Below, in pieces: positions 54,738 through 63,446 of a stretch of DNA of 64,000 nt; the stretch's first letter is position 1; the number at the start of each line of letters is the position of its first letter. The notes beneath the pieces are model-generated. The model made no database searches. It saw only the letters and a list, made by a program, of their open reading frames with translations, and was not told the DNA's origin. The position numbers were made by a program, and so were the translations under genes. This stretch comes from an uncultured Alphaproteobacteria bacterium (lineage in GTDB: Bacteria; Pseudomonadota; Alphaproteobacteria; RF32; CAG-239): the NCBI GenBank assembly GCA_944389095.1, contig CALXLC010000033.1, forward strand, positions 2,764-66,763. The letters are read 5' to 3'.

Positions 54738-55075
54738 AAATGCTTGAGAATTAGGTCAATTTGTTCTGAAATGTAATTGAGCGTGGAATCGTTAACCGAT
54801 TTGATTTTTTCGATGACGATAAGTTCTTTTTCTATTCTGAACAAGCTTTTGTGTTCGGCAATGTTAACATTCAGCAAATCTTCCAGAGGAATTTTGAAAT
54901 AGGCTGAAATTTTAAGGATTAACGCAAGTTCGGGCATGACCCGGCCGCGTTCCAGATTGGAAATTGTCCGCCAGCTGACGTCACATGCGACGGAGAGTTC
55001 TTCCTGCGTCAGATGCGCTTTTTCACGCAGGGTTTTAACTCTCAATCCCAAATATTTCTGCATGTTTTTGTTCAT
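54731..55075 (-). CDS. XRE-family HTH transcriptional regulator
   Basis: ..LRVKTLREKAHLTQEELSVACDVSWRTISNLERGRVMPELALILKISAYFKIPLEDLL.. is a canonical HTH_XRE. Confidence 0.85.
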   Translation of the reverse strand: MNKNMQKYLGLRVKTLREKAHLTQEELSVACDVSWRTISNLERGRVMPELALILKISAYFKIPLEDLLNVNIAEHKSLFRIEKELIVIEKIKSVNDSTLNYISEQIDLILKHFQ

Positions 55076-55367
55076 GTTTTTTTTATAATCCTTTATATCG
55101 TTTTTTTCCAGTAACCGGATTTCATAAAATATGCTTCGGCTGATAATCTGTTTCTATAAAAATTTAGGGGATGCCGTTGTTCGTAGTGATTGAATTTTTT
55201 TGTTTTTTTATTTTAATTTTCAGCTCGTTATAATATTTTATGTAAAAAAACTGTGTCAGCTTTTGTTTTTTATATGAAAAAATTTTCAAGATTAATCATA
55301 GTTCAAAAAATATCTGGATTTTAGCCGGATTTTAGTTATAATTGCGTTCCAGAACGGGGGATATTGT

Positions 55368-55901
55368 ATGAAATTGCTTTTATTGTCTTGCTGCGCGCCG
55401 TGTTCTGTTGCGGTCATTGAAAAGCTTGCCCGGGAGAAGGCGGATTTTACGGTTTTGTTTTATAATCCGAATATTCGTCCGGAAGCGGAGTATGAAAAGC
55501 GGCGGGACGAGAATTTGAAGGTTTGCCGCTTATATAACGTTCCTTTTATTGAGTTGGAATATGACAATAATCGTTGGCAAAATCTGACAAAAGGATTGGA
55601 AAACGAACCGGAGCGCGGAAAGCGCTGTTCGGTTTGCTTTTATATGCGCCTCAAAAGGGCCATGGAATATGCCAGAGAGCAGGGGTTTGATGCCGTGGCT
55701 TCGGTTTTAGGCGTTTCCCGTTATAAAAATTTGGCGCAGGTTAATGCTGCTGCCGAGCAGGCATCTTTGGAAACAGGGGTTCCTTATGAGCTTGTTGAGG
55801 GGCGTAAAGGCGGAATGCAGGAACGGCGGCAGGCTTTAATTAAAGATTTGCATCTCTATGCTCAGGATTATTGCGGCTGTCGTCCGCGTGCGGTTAAATA
55901 A
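55368..55901 (+). CDS. queH: epoxyqueuosine reductase QueH (DUF208)
   Basis: ..LLLSCCAPCS.., ..FYNPNIRPEAEY.., ..RCSVCFYMRL.., ..QDYCGC.. conserved Cys pattern of QueH. Confidence 0.85.
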   Translation: MKLLLLSCCAPCSVAVIEKLAREKADFTVLFYNPNIRPEAEYEKRRDENLKVCRLYNVPFIELEYDNNRWQNLTKGLENEPERGKRCSVCFYMRLKRAMEYAREQGFDAVASVLGVSRYKNLAQVNAAAEQASLETGVPYELVEGRKGGMQERRQALIKDLHLYAQDYCGCRPRAVK

Positions 55902-55988
55902 AAATCTTGGTATAGATTGTTGATAGCGGTTGTCATTTTTGAGGTCTGCGTTATGCTTTAGGCATATTTTTTTAGGAGAAACCGCAAA

Positions 55989-56894
55989 ATGATATATGAT
56001 TGTTTTCCTTTTTTTAATGAACTGGATTTGCTTGAAATCAGGTTGAATATCTTAAATCCGGTTGTTGACAAATTTGTGCTGGTTGAAGCGACTTCTACTT
56101 TTACAGGGAAAGCCAAACCTTTGTATTTTGAGGAAAACAAGGAACGTTTTGCTCCGTTTGCCGATAAAATCATTCATGTGGTCTGTGATGAGGATTTTTC
56201 AGCCATTGATAATCCGTGGATTATTGAGTTTATTCAAAAAAACTATATTTCCAAAGGATTGTCCGCCGCCCGGCCGGATGATGTAATTATGATTTCGGAT
56301 TTGGACGAGATTCCCCGGCCGGAAAAAATTTTGGAATACAAGGACAAGCCGGGAATTAAGTGTTTTCAAAACAACTTTTATTATTATTACCTTAACTATC
56401 TGTGTGTTGAGGAACCAGTTTGGTTTAAGGGGACCAGAATGTTGAAATTTAAAGATTTTGCACATGGTCTTGACGGGGTTAAGGTTAAAATGAACAGCAA
56501 GCTTCCGGCAGAATATTGCGCGGCGACGACCCCGAGCAAAATCCGTTATTACAAAAAAGGGCCGTGGGTGCATAACGGCGGCTGGCATTTCAGTTATTTG
56601 GGCGGAGCCAAGGCAATTCAGCAGAAAATCCTGTCTATTTCGCATTCCGAATTTCATAAAGAAGAATTTACGGATTTGGCCAAAATAGAGGCCAGAGTTA
56701 AAAACGGTGACGATCTTTTCGGGCGCGGAAAGCATTTCAGGGCGGTTGCCATCGGTGCTGATTTTCCTAAATACATCATAGAAAACAAAGATAAATATCA
56801 AAACCTTATCATGGAATCCGAAAGATTAAGATTAACTTTTTTTGATAAGGCTAAGATATTTATGGGAAAATTTAAGGCTTTTTTGAAGCGCTAA
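55989..56894 (+). CDS. glycosyltransferase family 17-like protein
   Basis: N-terminal ..IYDCFPFFNELDLLEIRLNILNPVVDKFVLVEA.. is the GT17 hallmark as I know it. Confidence 0.75.
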   Translation: MIYDCFPFFNELDLLEIRLNILNPVVDKFVLVEATSTFTGKAKPLYFEENKERFAPFADKIIHVVCDEDFSAIDNPWIIEFIQKNYISKGLSAARPDDVIMISDLDEIPRPEKILEYKDKPGIKCFQNNFYYYYLNYLCVEEPVWFKGTRMLKFKDFAHGLDGVKVKMNSKLPAEYCAATTPSKIRYYKKGPWVHNGGWHFSYLGGAKAIQQKILSISHSEFHKEEFTDLAKIEARVKNGDDLFGRGKHFRAVAIGADFPKYIIENKDKYQNLIMESERLRLTFFDKAKIFMGKFKAFLKR

Positions 56895-57859
56895 GCCTTT
56901 TCGGGATTCATCGGTTCCGGCAGTGTTATCATTTTGCCGAAGATATAATCATATTCCCGCGGTGTGAAAGATTCCATGCCGTTTCCGGGGTAAAAGGTCA
57001 TTTCTCCGAAATAGATTTGTTTTCCGATATTATAAAAATCAACCCGGACAAAAGGAAAATCCTGCGCCAGCGTTTCCGCCAGTTCAATCATCTTATCATA
57101 TTCGTCCGGTTTGGATAACGGCGTTTTGCTCTGCGGGTATTTACGGGTGACCGGAAGCTTTTGGAAATCCCGGTCGTAAAAAGTGACGTTGAGGCCGGTT
57201 TTGCGGTTGCTGGTTATAAACATATTTTCAACCCGTCCGCTGTAGCAGAGGAATTTGTAGTCAAATAAGTCGCCGCTTAAGGAATCTATGTATTTTTCAC
57301 AGATGATTTTGGGCTTGATATTTGCATAGGCCCATTCGTAGGAATAGCAATAATGATTTGCGGCTTTGAGCCAATTGTTCAATTTTTCTTTGGTTGCGGA
57401 GATATTCAAACTGTTTTTGTCGGTGCAGATGATGTTTTTGCCGCAGCCGCTGTTTAATTTCAGAACAAACTGTTGAGGGAGTTTGTCAAAATCAATGTCG
57501 TCAACCCTGTCCCAGGCAAATAATGTCGGAATAATGTATTCTTTACCGATTTTTTGGGCAACATAATCTTTTGCCAGGTATTTATCGGCAGCTATGGTCA
57601 TGAGCGGGTTATGGTAATACAGTTTGAGCCACTGAATTTTCTCGTTGAATGATTGAGGATTTTCCAAATTCAGGCGATAACCGACTTTTTTCTTAAATTG
57701 GGCGGAAATTTTTTTGATTTTTTCTTCTAACGGTTGGTTTTTATAATATTCCAGCGGCTTGCGTTTTTGATATTTATCGGTTTTATATTTGAATTTGAAG
57801 CCCAGAACAGTTATTTCCCGTTCATCATCGTTTTTCTTTTTGGCATAAAGAGTAATCAT
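56891..57859 (-). CDS. TupA-like ATP-grasp family protein
   Basis: ..NPQSFNEKIQWLKLYY..DKYLAKDYV..FVLKLNSGCG..VDFYNIGKQIYFGEMTFYPGNG.. matches the ATPgrasp_TupA pattern. Confidence 0.75.
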   Translation of the reverse strand: MITLYAKKKNDDEREITVLGFKFKYKTDKYQKRKPLEYYKNQPLEEKIKKISAQFKKKVGYRLNLENPQSFNEKIQWLKLYYHNPLMTIAADKYLAKDYVAQKIGKEYIIPTLFAWDRVDDIDFDKLPQQFVLKLNSGCGKNIICTDKNSLNISATKEKLNNWLKAANHYCYSYEWAYANIKPKIICEKYIDSLSGDLFDYKFLCYSGRVENMFITSNRKTGLNVTFYDRDFQKLPVTRKYPQSKTPLSKPDEYDKMIELAETLAQDFPFVRVDFYNIGKQIYFGEMTFYPGNGMESFTPREYDYIFGKMITLPEPMNPEKA

Positions 57860-57868
57860 TTTTTTCTT

Positions 57869-58888
57869 CTAAACGCTTTCGTAACGTCCCAAAGAGAAGT
57901 TAATCATAAATTTGTCGGCGATGTTTAGGTTGATTTTGAAAATCATCGGCAGAAACTGCAGCAGAAAGCAGTTGAAGACGTTACGCCGCATGCCAAGACG
58001 GATAATGTAATGCGTCCAGTTTTTTATCGGCAGTTTAATCCGTTTCTTTTCAGAAAAGGCGGAACCGCTGAATTCCAACGGATGATGTTTGAAAAGGCCA
58101 GTTCCGGCAGCAACGCGGAAATTTCCCCGGTCCCACAACTCGCTAATGTTGTTTTCAATAACATCATGACGGCAGAATTTGACCGGCAGGATAAGTTTTG
58201 AGATGAATTCTCTTTTGTACATGCAGGGATTGTTTGTGTAATGTCCGTATTGAGAGGTGGTGATAAACACATCTTGTCCGGGGAGTTCTTGTTTTTGGAT
58301 AACGTCCGTTAAAAGCGACGGATCCTCGTAGAGGGAAATCCATTCCAGAGTAGGGATGGTTTTATCCAGTTTGCCGCTCCAGACATTGCGAAGATAATTG
58401 CTGGGATCACCGTAATGATACCGATGGCGGAAACGGACGGCATCCACGCCGTTTTCCAGAAGGTCAACCGCCTGCTGCAGGCGTTGAGCCGTTGTTTGAG
58501 CTTCTTCAATCAGCATAAAGTCGTTTTCCAGAAACATGAAATATTTTGATGTCGCCCGTTGAAGAAGTTGCTGGTAGGGCAGGCCGATGCCGATGTTGTT
58601 TTTGTCGGCAATAACCTCAAAACCGTATTCTTCCGCGATTTTCAAATCTTCAGAGGTGACCTGATTAAAGAAAATCAGCTTTTGTTTTACCATGTCAAGC
58701 AGCCCATTGCGACGATAACTTTCCAGTGTGTTGCGCAAGGTTTTGGGCTGACGCCAGGAAAGGACGGCTATGGTCAGGTCAAATTTTGGAAGGGAGCCGG
58801 CGGCTATGTTCTTTTTGTCGGTTGCCGGTTGTTTTTTGGTGGAACGCACGGCGGTTTTGCTGTGTCTTTTAAGTTGCATTTTTCTCAT
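57869..58888 (-). CDS. putative glycosyltransferase (GT-A-like)
   Basis: ..LTIAVLSWRQPKTLRNTLESY.. and ..YFMFLENDFML.. resemble the GT2-type N-terminal beta-strand and an acidic motif. Weak call. Confidence 0.5.
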   Translation of the reverse strand: MRKMQLKRHSKTAVRSTKKQPATDKKNIAAGSLPKFDLTIAVLSWRQPKTLRNTLESYRRNGLLDMVKQKLIFFNQVTSEDLKIAEEYGFEVIADKNNIGIGLPYQQLLQRATSKYFMFLENDFMLIEEAQTTAQRLQQAVDLLENGVDAVRFRHRYHYGDPSNYLRNVWSGKLDKTIPTLEWISLYEDPSLLTDVIQKQELPGQDVFITTSQYGHYTNNPCMYKREFISKLILPVKFCRHDVIENNISELWDRGNFRVAAGTGLFKHHPLEFSGSAFSEKKRIKLPIKNWTHYIIRLGMRRNVFNCFLLQFLPMIFKINLNIADKFMINFSLGRYESV

Positions 58889-58974
58889 TTGTCACTCTTA
58901 TAGCTTGTGATTGTTGAAATCAGTTTAGCACAGATTGACAAAAAGTAAAATGCTAATAACGGGGCGGTTAAAAA

Positions 58975-59844
58975 CTATCCGGCAGGCCGGGAAACAACAT
59001 TGAGATAGTAGTAAGCACAGGCATCCGTAATCTGAATAATCCGGCGGATTTCGGTGTTTTTGGGTTTGAGGACGGAAAAGAATTTTTTGACCGGTTCCGA
59101 ATAACGGATTTGATAATACTTGTTGATTTCCTTGACGCAGTCAATGCGGCTGAGGTTGTGATTGCTTTGCAAGGACGGAAACCAGCAGGGAAAGTCAACA
59201 ATTTTGTCTTTGGTCGTCATTGTTTCGAAGGGTGTTGATGAATACAGGCTGATGTGCAGACCGTGAATGGGGCGGAACGCGGCTTCCGGGCCGGGCATTT
59301 TCAACCCCTTGCGCTGAATAATCCGGTAAAGCAGATTTTCGTCGTTACATTTACCGAGATTGATTCCCCGCAAAGACGGAAGCGGATACATTTTGTCATA
59401 AGCAATAAAATGCAGGCCGGTCAAACGGTTTTTGTTCGGGCGCACGACATTGCTGAAATCAAGATGATGTTTTTCGATGTTGGCCAGGTGCTGTGAGGCA
59501 ACCTCTTCCGTAATTAAAATATCCGCATCGCCGATGTAGACGTAATCCGCTTTCAGTTTCGGCTGAGTAACAAACCGCACGCTGTTGGGAACGATTTTCC
59601 GGCTGCCGAACAATCTTTTTTGAGTAAACGAGACCGCGGAAAAGCGGACGCGGCCGGGATATTCTTTTTCATAAAACGAAATGATATGTTTGAATTTATG
59701 TGTGAAACGCAGGTGATTTTCCACGCCTACCTCTACTTTGGCGCCGGGATTGCTGTTTAATACAAAAATCGGGTACAGCAGTCCGAAGGCCCAAAATTTT
59801 TCGTTGACGCAAGTATAAAAAAGAATTGAGGGTGATGCTGTCAT
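58975..59844 (-). CDS. putative DxD-type glycosyltransferase, paralogue A
   Basis: 289 aa. ..YVYIGDADILI.. is a DxD-like motif. Full-length paralogue of 62479..63354. No named family recognised. Confidence 0.5.
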   Translation of the reverse strand: MTASPSILFYTCVNEKFWAFGLLYPIFVLNSNPGAKVEVGVENHLRFTHKFKHIISFYEKEYPGRVRFSAVSFTQKRLFGSRKIVPNSVRFVTQPKLKADYVYIGDADILITEEVASQHLANIEKHHLDFSNVVRPNKNRLTGLHFIAYDKMYPLPSLRGINLGKCNDENLLYRIIQRKGLKMPGPEAAFRPIHGLHISLYSSTPFETMTTKDKIVDFPCWFPSLQSNHNLSRIDCVKEINKYYQIRYSEPVKKFFSVLKPKNTEIRRIIQITDACAYYYLNVVSRPAG

Positions 59845-59845
59845 T

Positions 59846-60766
59846 TTAGCAAGCCTTTACACGTTTTTGGAAATGTTTGCGAACCAGAGTATCTCCGAGA
59901 AGATTGCGGTAACTGTGTTCGTTCATGGGCAGCGGTTTGGGTGTTTGGGTTTTCCAGACGGCGTACATCAGACTCAACTGGTCGCGGCGGGAGAAACGAT
60001 TGAGCATTTCCCACCAGGTTTGCGAGACTTTGCGATTGTCCGGCGTATCTTTGCGATAGATAACGTTGTTTTCAAAAAGTCCGAAATGTTCGGGATAGCC
60101 TTCTTCTTTCAAAAAACGGCACTGTTTCCGGATGATTTCAGGGTTGTCTTTCTGCATTTTGATACAAATTTCGGCCTCTTCATAAATGCAATCGCGGTGA
60201 GGATGTCGTGAGATTGCAAATTCCGCGCCGGATTTGCGCAGCTTGTTGACATCTTCATATAACAGATTGCTGAGCAGGTCGATGTTGCTGTCAATCCACA
60301 AATATTCCTTATAGCCCGGAAGGACGTCGTAATACATGATTTTGGGATAGCGGGCGTTGCGGATGTTGTCCGAGGCGGTGAAAGGAAGCTTTCGAAATTC
60401 CCAAGGATATTCTTCCTGATTAAAAGCCTCCGGGTTTTCAACAAACATGACATAGTCAAATTCGGGATTCAGGTATTTTAGCTTAATCGGCAAATCATAA
60501 CCGCCCGTAATGCAGGAATAAACAACCAGTGAGGCTTGCCGTCCGGTTTTTTGGGCGCGGTAGTCTTTGATTATTTTTTTGTAATTGCGGCGGATTGAGA
60601 GGTTGTGGGCCAGTTTGGCAAAAGAGCCGAGATGCGACAGATAGTGGAGCTCTTTGCGCCAATATCTGGAAGGGGTTATCCGGCTTAGTCCTTGCATAAA
60701 CCAATAGTAAATACTGCGGTGAGACTGCATTGTTGAAAACTCCGTATGTGATGACGTTTTGAGCAT
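59846..60766 (-). CDS. DUF616 (TOD1/MUCI70-like glycosyltransferase domain) protein
   Basis: ..VVYSCITGGYD.., ..ARYPKI.., ..YLWIDSNI.., ..RDQLSL.. pattern of DUF616. Confidence 0.7.
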   Translation of the reverse strand: MLKTSSHTEFSTMQSHRSIYYWFMQGLSRITPSRYWRKELHYLSHLGSFAKLAHNLSIRRNYKKIIKDYRAQKTGRQASLVVYSCITGGYDLPIKLKYLNPEFDYVMFVENPEAFNQEEYPWEFRKLPFTASDNIRNARYPKIMYYDVLPGYKEYLWIDSNIDLLSNLLYEDVNKLRKSGAEFAISRHPHRDCIYEEAEICIKMQKDNPEIIRKQCRFLKEEGYPEHFGLFENNVIYRKDTPDNRKVSQTWWEMLNRFSRRDQLSLMYAVWKTQTPKPLPMNEHSYRNLLGDTLVRKHFQKRVKAC

Positions 60767-60895
60767 AGCCGAGACCTACATCCTTATCAATGTTTAATTG
60801 TAATTATTAACCGCTTTGTCGATTATTCGTAAAATCTAATTGTTTCCTCTCTTTTTTTCTTATAAAATTGTTATGCGCAAAGAGGAGGAAATTTA

Positions 60896-61573
60896 ATGTT
60901 TTTCGGCTGGTTGAACAGGTTGTTCTTTATTTCGTCCAAAGGACGCAACAATCAGATTTTGCTGCCCGGACGTATCGGTTTCGGCAAAGTCAGGATTAAA
61001 ATTCGCGGCAGCAATAATCAAGTTGTGCTCGGCAAGGGTGTCAAAATCGGTAAAAAGTTTGTGGTGAAAATGCACGGAGAAGGCTGCAAAGTGGAAATCG
61101 GTGCCGGTTCATCTCTGACGGACGTTAATTTGAGAATCGGTGTTTTGAAACACCCGGAACCGGCTGTTGACAGCGCTTTTGTCTGCGGTTCGGGGTGCGG
61201 GCTGCGTAACCTGAAGGCCAGCGTTTTAAATTCGCATACGTCCATAGAAATCGGTGACAAGTGTCTGTTTTCCGAGGATGTGGAAATCCATAATTCCGAC
61301 GGGCATCCGATTTTTGACCTCGAAAGCGGAAAAATCACCAATTTTCCGAAAAATATTAAAATCGGCAATCATTGCTGGCTGGGGCAGGGGGTGAGCATTT
61401 TGAAAAGTGTCCGGCTGGCCGATGAAACCATTGTCGGAAAAAAAGCGGTCGTAACCAAAGCTTTTGATGAAAAATTTACGGCAATCGGGGGAAATCCGGC
61501 AAAGGTCCTGAAAAAAGGCATTCGCTGGGAAGATGATGACGGTATTGCTTATTTCAGAAATCAATCTATCTAA
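60896..61573 (+). CDS. hexapeptide-repeat (left-handed beta-helix) acyl/acetyltransferase
   Basis: ..IEIGDKCLFSEDVEIHNSDGHPI..IKIGNHCWLGQGVSILKSVRLADETIVGKKAVV..GGNPAKV.. RBS AGAGGAGGA. Confidence 0.8.
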   Translation: MFFGWLNRLFFISSKGRNNQILLPGRIGFGKVRIKIRGSNNQVVLGKGVKIGKKFVVKMHGEGCKVEIGAGSSLTDVNLRIGVLKHPEPAVDSAFVCGSGCGLRNLKASVLNSHTSIEIGDKCLFSEDVEIHNSDGHPIFDLESGKITNFPKNIKIGNHCWLGQGVSILKSVRLADETIVGKKAVVTKAFDEKFTAIGGNPAKVLKKGIRWEDDDGIAYFRNQSI

Positions 61574-61682
61574 AAATTAAATTACGTTACGCTTTGTCCA
61601 CAAGGGCCAAAAACTTGTTGTCAAATTTCACATCTTAAGGTAGTATCTCATCGAAAGCTAAATCTTATTTTTAGAGGAATAA

Positions 61683-62486
61683 ATGAGGTATTTGCTGACA
61701 TTCGGGAACCATGGGTACGAAGGCTCCATGAATATTTTGGCAACATCGGCCTTGGCGACCGGGAGTGTTGATAAAGTTATTTTCTGGAATGATGACAAAC
61801 TCCAAAAGACTCCGTTTTTTAAAGCGAATCGGAAAATACTGACACAACAGCGCGGCGCCGGTTATTGGCTGTGGAAACCTTATATTATTTTGGAAGAACT
61901 TAAAAAGCTTAAAAAGGACGATTTTCTGATTTACAGCGATGCCAAGATGCTGGCGCGGCAGAATTTTGACGTTTTGTATAATCTTTGTGCCAAAGAAAAA
62001 GGAATTTTGCTGTTTCGGAATTTGCCGCAGCTCATTGAATGCTGGTGCAAAAGAGACGCGTTGGTTTTGATGGATGCTGATAAGCCGGAAGTATACAAAT
62101 CTTTTGATTTTGCGGCAATGATGTCGGTGTGGCAAAATACGCCGGAGGCTGTCGGTTTTCTTGAAGAATGGCTGAAATTTTGCCGGGATGAGCGAATCCT
62201 GACCGATGCGGCCAATACTCAGGGAAAGCCTAATTATCCTTATTTTGTGGATCATCGCCACGATCAGGCCGTTTTTTCCGTTCTTGCGGTTCAAAAGGGT
62301 ATCAGAGGGCACCGGCCGCCGAATCAGTACGGGAAACGGTATCGGAAATGCGAGGCGTTTAAGGATGATACGTATGGCGAATTGTTTCAGGCGCATTTTT
62401 CGCTGAGGGCCATTGCCCGCAATTTTAAGCTGTTTCCGTTGGTCATAAAATTTTATTTGCAAAGATGGCTGGATAGAAATGTCTGA
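61683..62486 (+). CDS. hypothetical protein, glycan-locus associated (possible nucleotide-sugar transferase fold)
   Basis: ..RGAGYWLWKPYIILEEL..DFLIYSDA.. I have seen this motif in uncharacterised polysaccharide-locus proteins. The antisense 272-aa ORF looks compositionally spurious. Confidence 0.5.
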   Translation: MRYLLTFGNHGYEGSMNILATSALATGSVDKVIFWNDDKLQKTPFFKANRKILTQQRGAGYWLWKPYIILEELKKLKKDDFLIYSDAKMLARQNFDVLYNLCAKEKGILLFRNLPQLIECWCKRDALVLMDADKPEVYKSFDFAAMMSVWQNTPEAVGFLEEWLKFCRDERILTDAANTQGKPNYPYFVDHRHDQAVFSVLAVQKGIRGHRPPNQYGKRYRKCEAFKDDTYGELFQAHFSLRAIARNFKLFPLVIKFYLQRWLDRNV

Positions 62487-63354
62487 CAAGCAAGAAAGCG
62501 TTTTGTTTTATACCTGTGTCAATACCAAGTTCTGGGGTTTTGGCATGATTTACCCGTTGTTTGTGCTGATGACGAATCCCGGTGCCAAAGTAGAAATAGG
62601 TGTGGAAAATTATCGCCGCTTTCATCGTAAATACCGGCATATTTCTGATTTTTATGATAAATATTTTCCGGGGAAGGTGCTCTTCAGTCCGGTGGCTTTT
62701 GACCGCTGGACGTGGCACGGTAGGCAAAAAATCGTACCCAACAGCGTGCGGTTTGTTACTCAGCCGAAGCTGAAGGCGGATTATGTCTATATCGGCGATG
62801 CGGATATTTTAATTACGGAGGAGGTTGCCTCGCAACACCTGGCCAACATCGAAAAACATCATCTTGATTTTAGTAACGTGGTCAGAAAAGGACGCAAGCG
62901 GCTGACCGGTCTGCATTTTATTGCTTATGACAAAATGTATCCGCTTCCGTCTTTGCGGGGAATCAATCTCGGCAAATGTAACGACGAAGATCTGCTTTAC
63001 CGGATTATTCAGCGCAAGGGGTTGAAAATGCCCGGGCCGGAAGTCACGTTCCGACCGGCTCACGGGTTGCATATCAGTCTGTACTCTTCCTCGCCGTTTG
63101 AGTATCTGGTCGGTCCGAATCATCTGCTTGATTTTCCGGCATGGTTCATGGCGGTTGACAGCAAACATAATATCGGCAATCAGGATATGGGTGTGGATGT
63201 CGACAAGTATTTTGACCTGCGCAAACGTCCCGAATTTATTGCTTTTTATGAAATTTTGAAACCCAAAGATACGGAAGTGCGGCGGATTATCCAGATTACG
63301 GATGCCTGCGCTTATTATTACAAGCATGTTATTCTGCAGCAGAAAAATACATAA
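62479..63354 (+). CDS. putative DxD-type glycosyltransferase, paralogue B
   Basis: 291 aa, inverted paralogue of 58975..59844. 8-nt overlap with the upstream gene. Confidence 0.5.
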   Translation: MSDKQESVLFYTCVNTKFWGFGMIYPLFVLMTNPGAKVEIGVENYRRFHRKYRHISDFYDKYFPGKVLFSPVAFDRWTWHGRQKIVPNSVRFVTQPKLKADYVYIGDADILITEEVASQHLANIEKHHLDFSNVVRKGRKRLTGLHFIAYDKMYPLPSLRGINLGKCNDEDLLYRIIQRKGLKMPGPEVTFRPAHGLHISLYSSSPFEYLVGPNHLLDFPAWFMAVDSKHNIGNQDMGVDVDKYFDLRKRPEFIAFYEILKPKDTEVRRIIQITDACAYYYKHVILQQKNT

Positions 63355-63446
63355 CAAGTTGTGAACCGCCGGCGTGTTCCTGATTTACATTTCTTCCAAA
63401 AATGTTAAACTTGTTTCTATCTTTGTATAGTACAGGTTGACAAATA

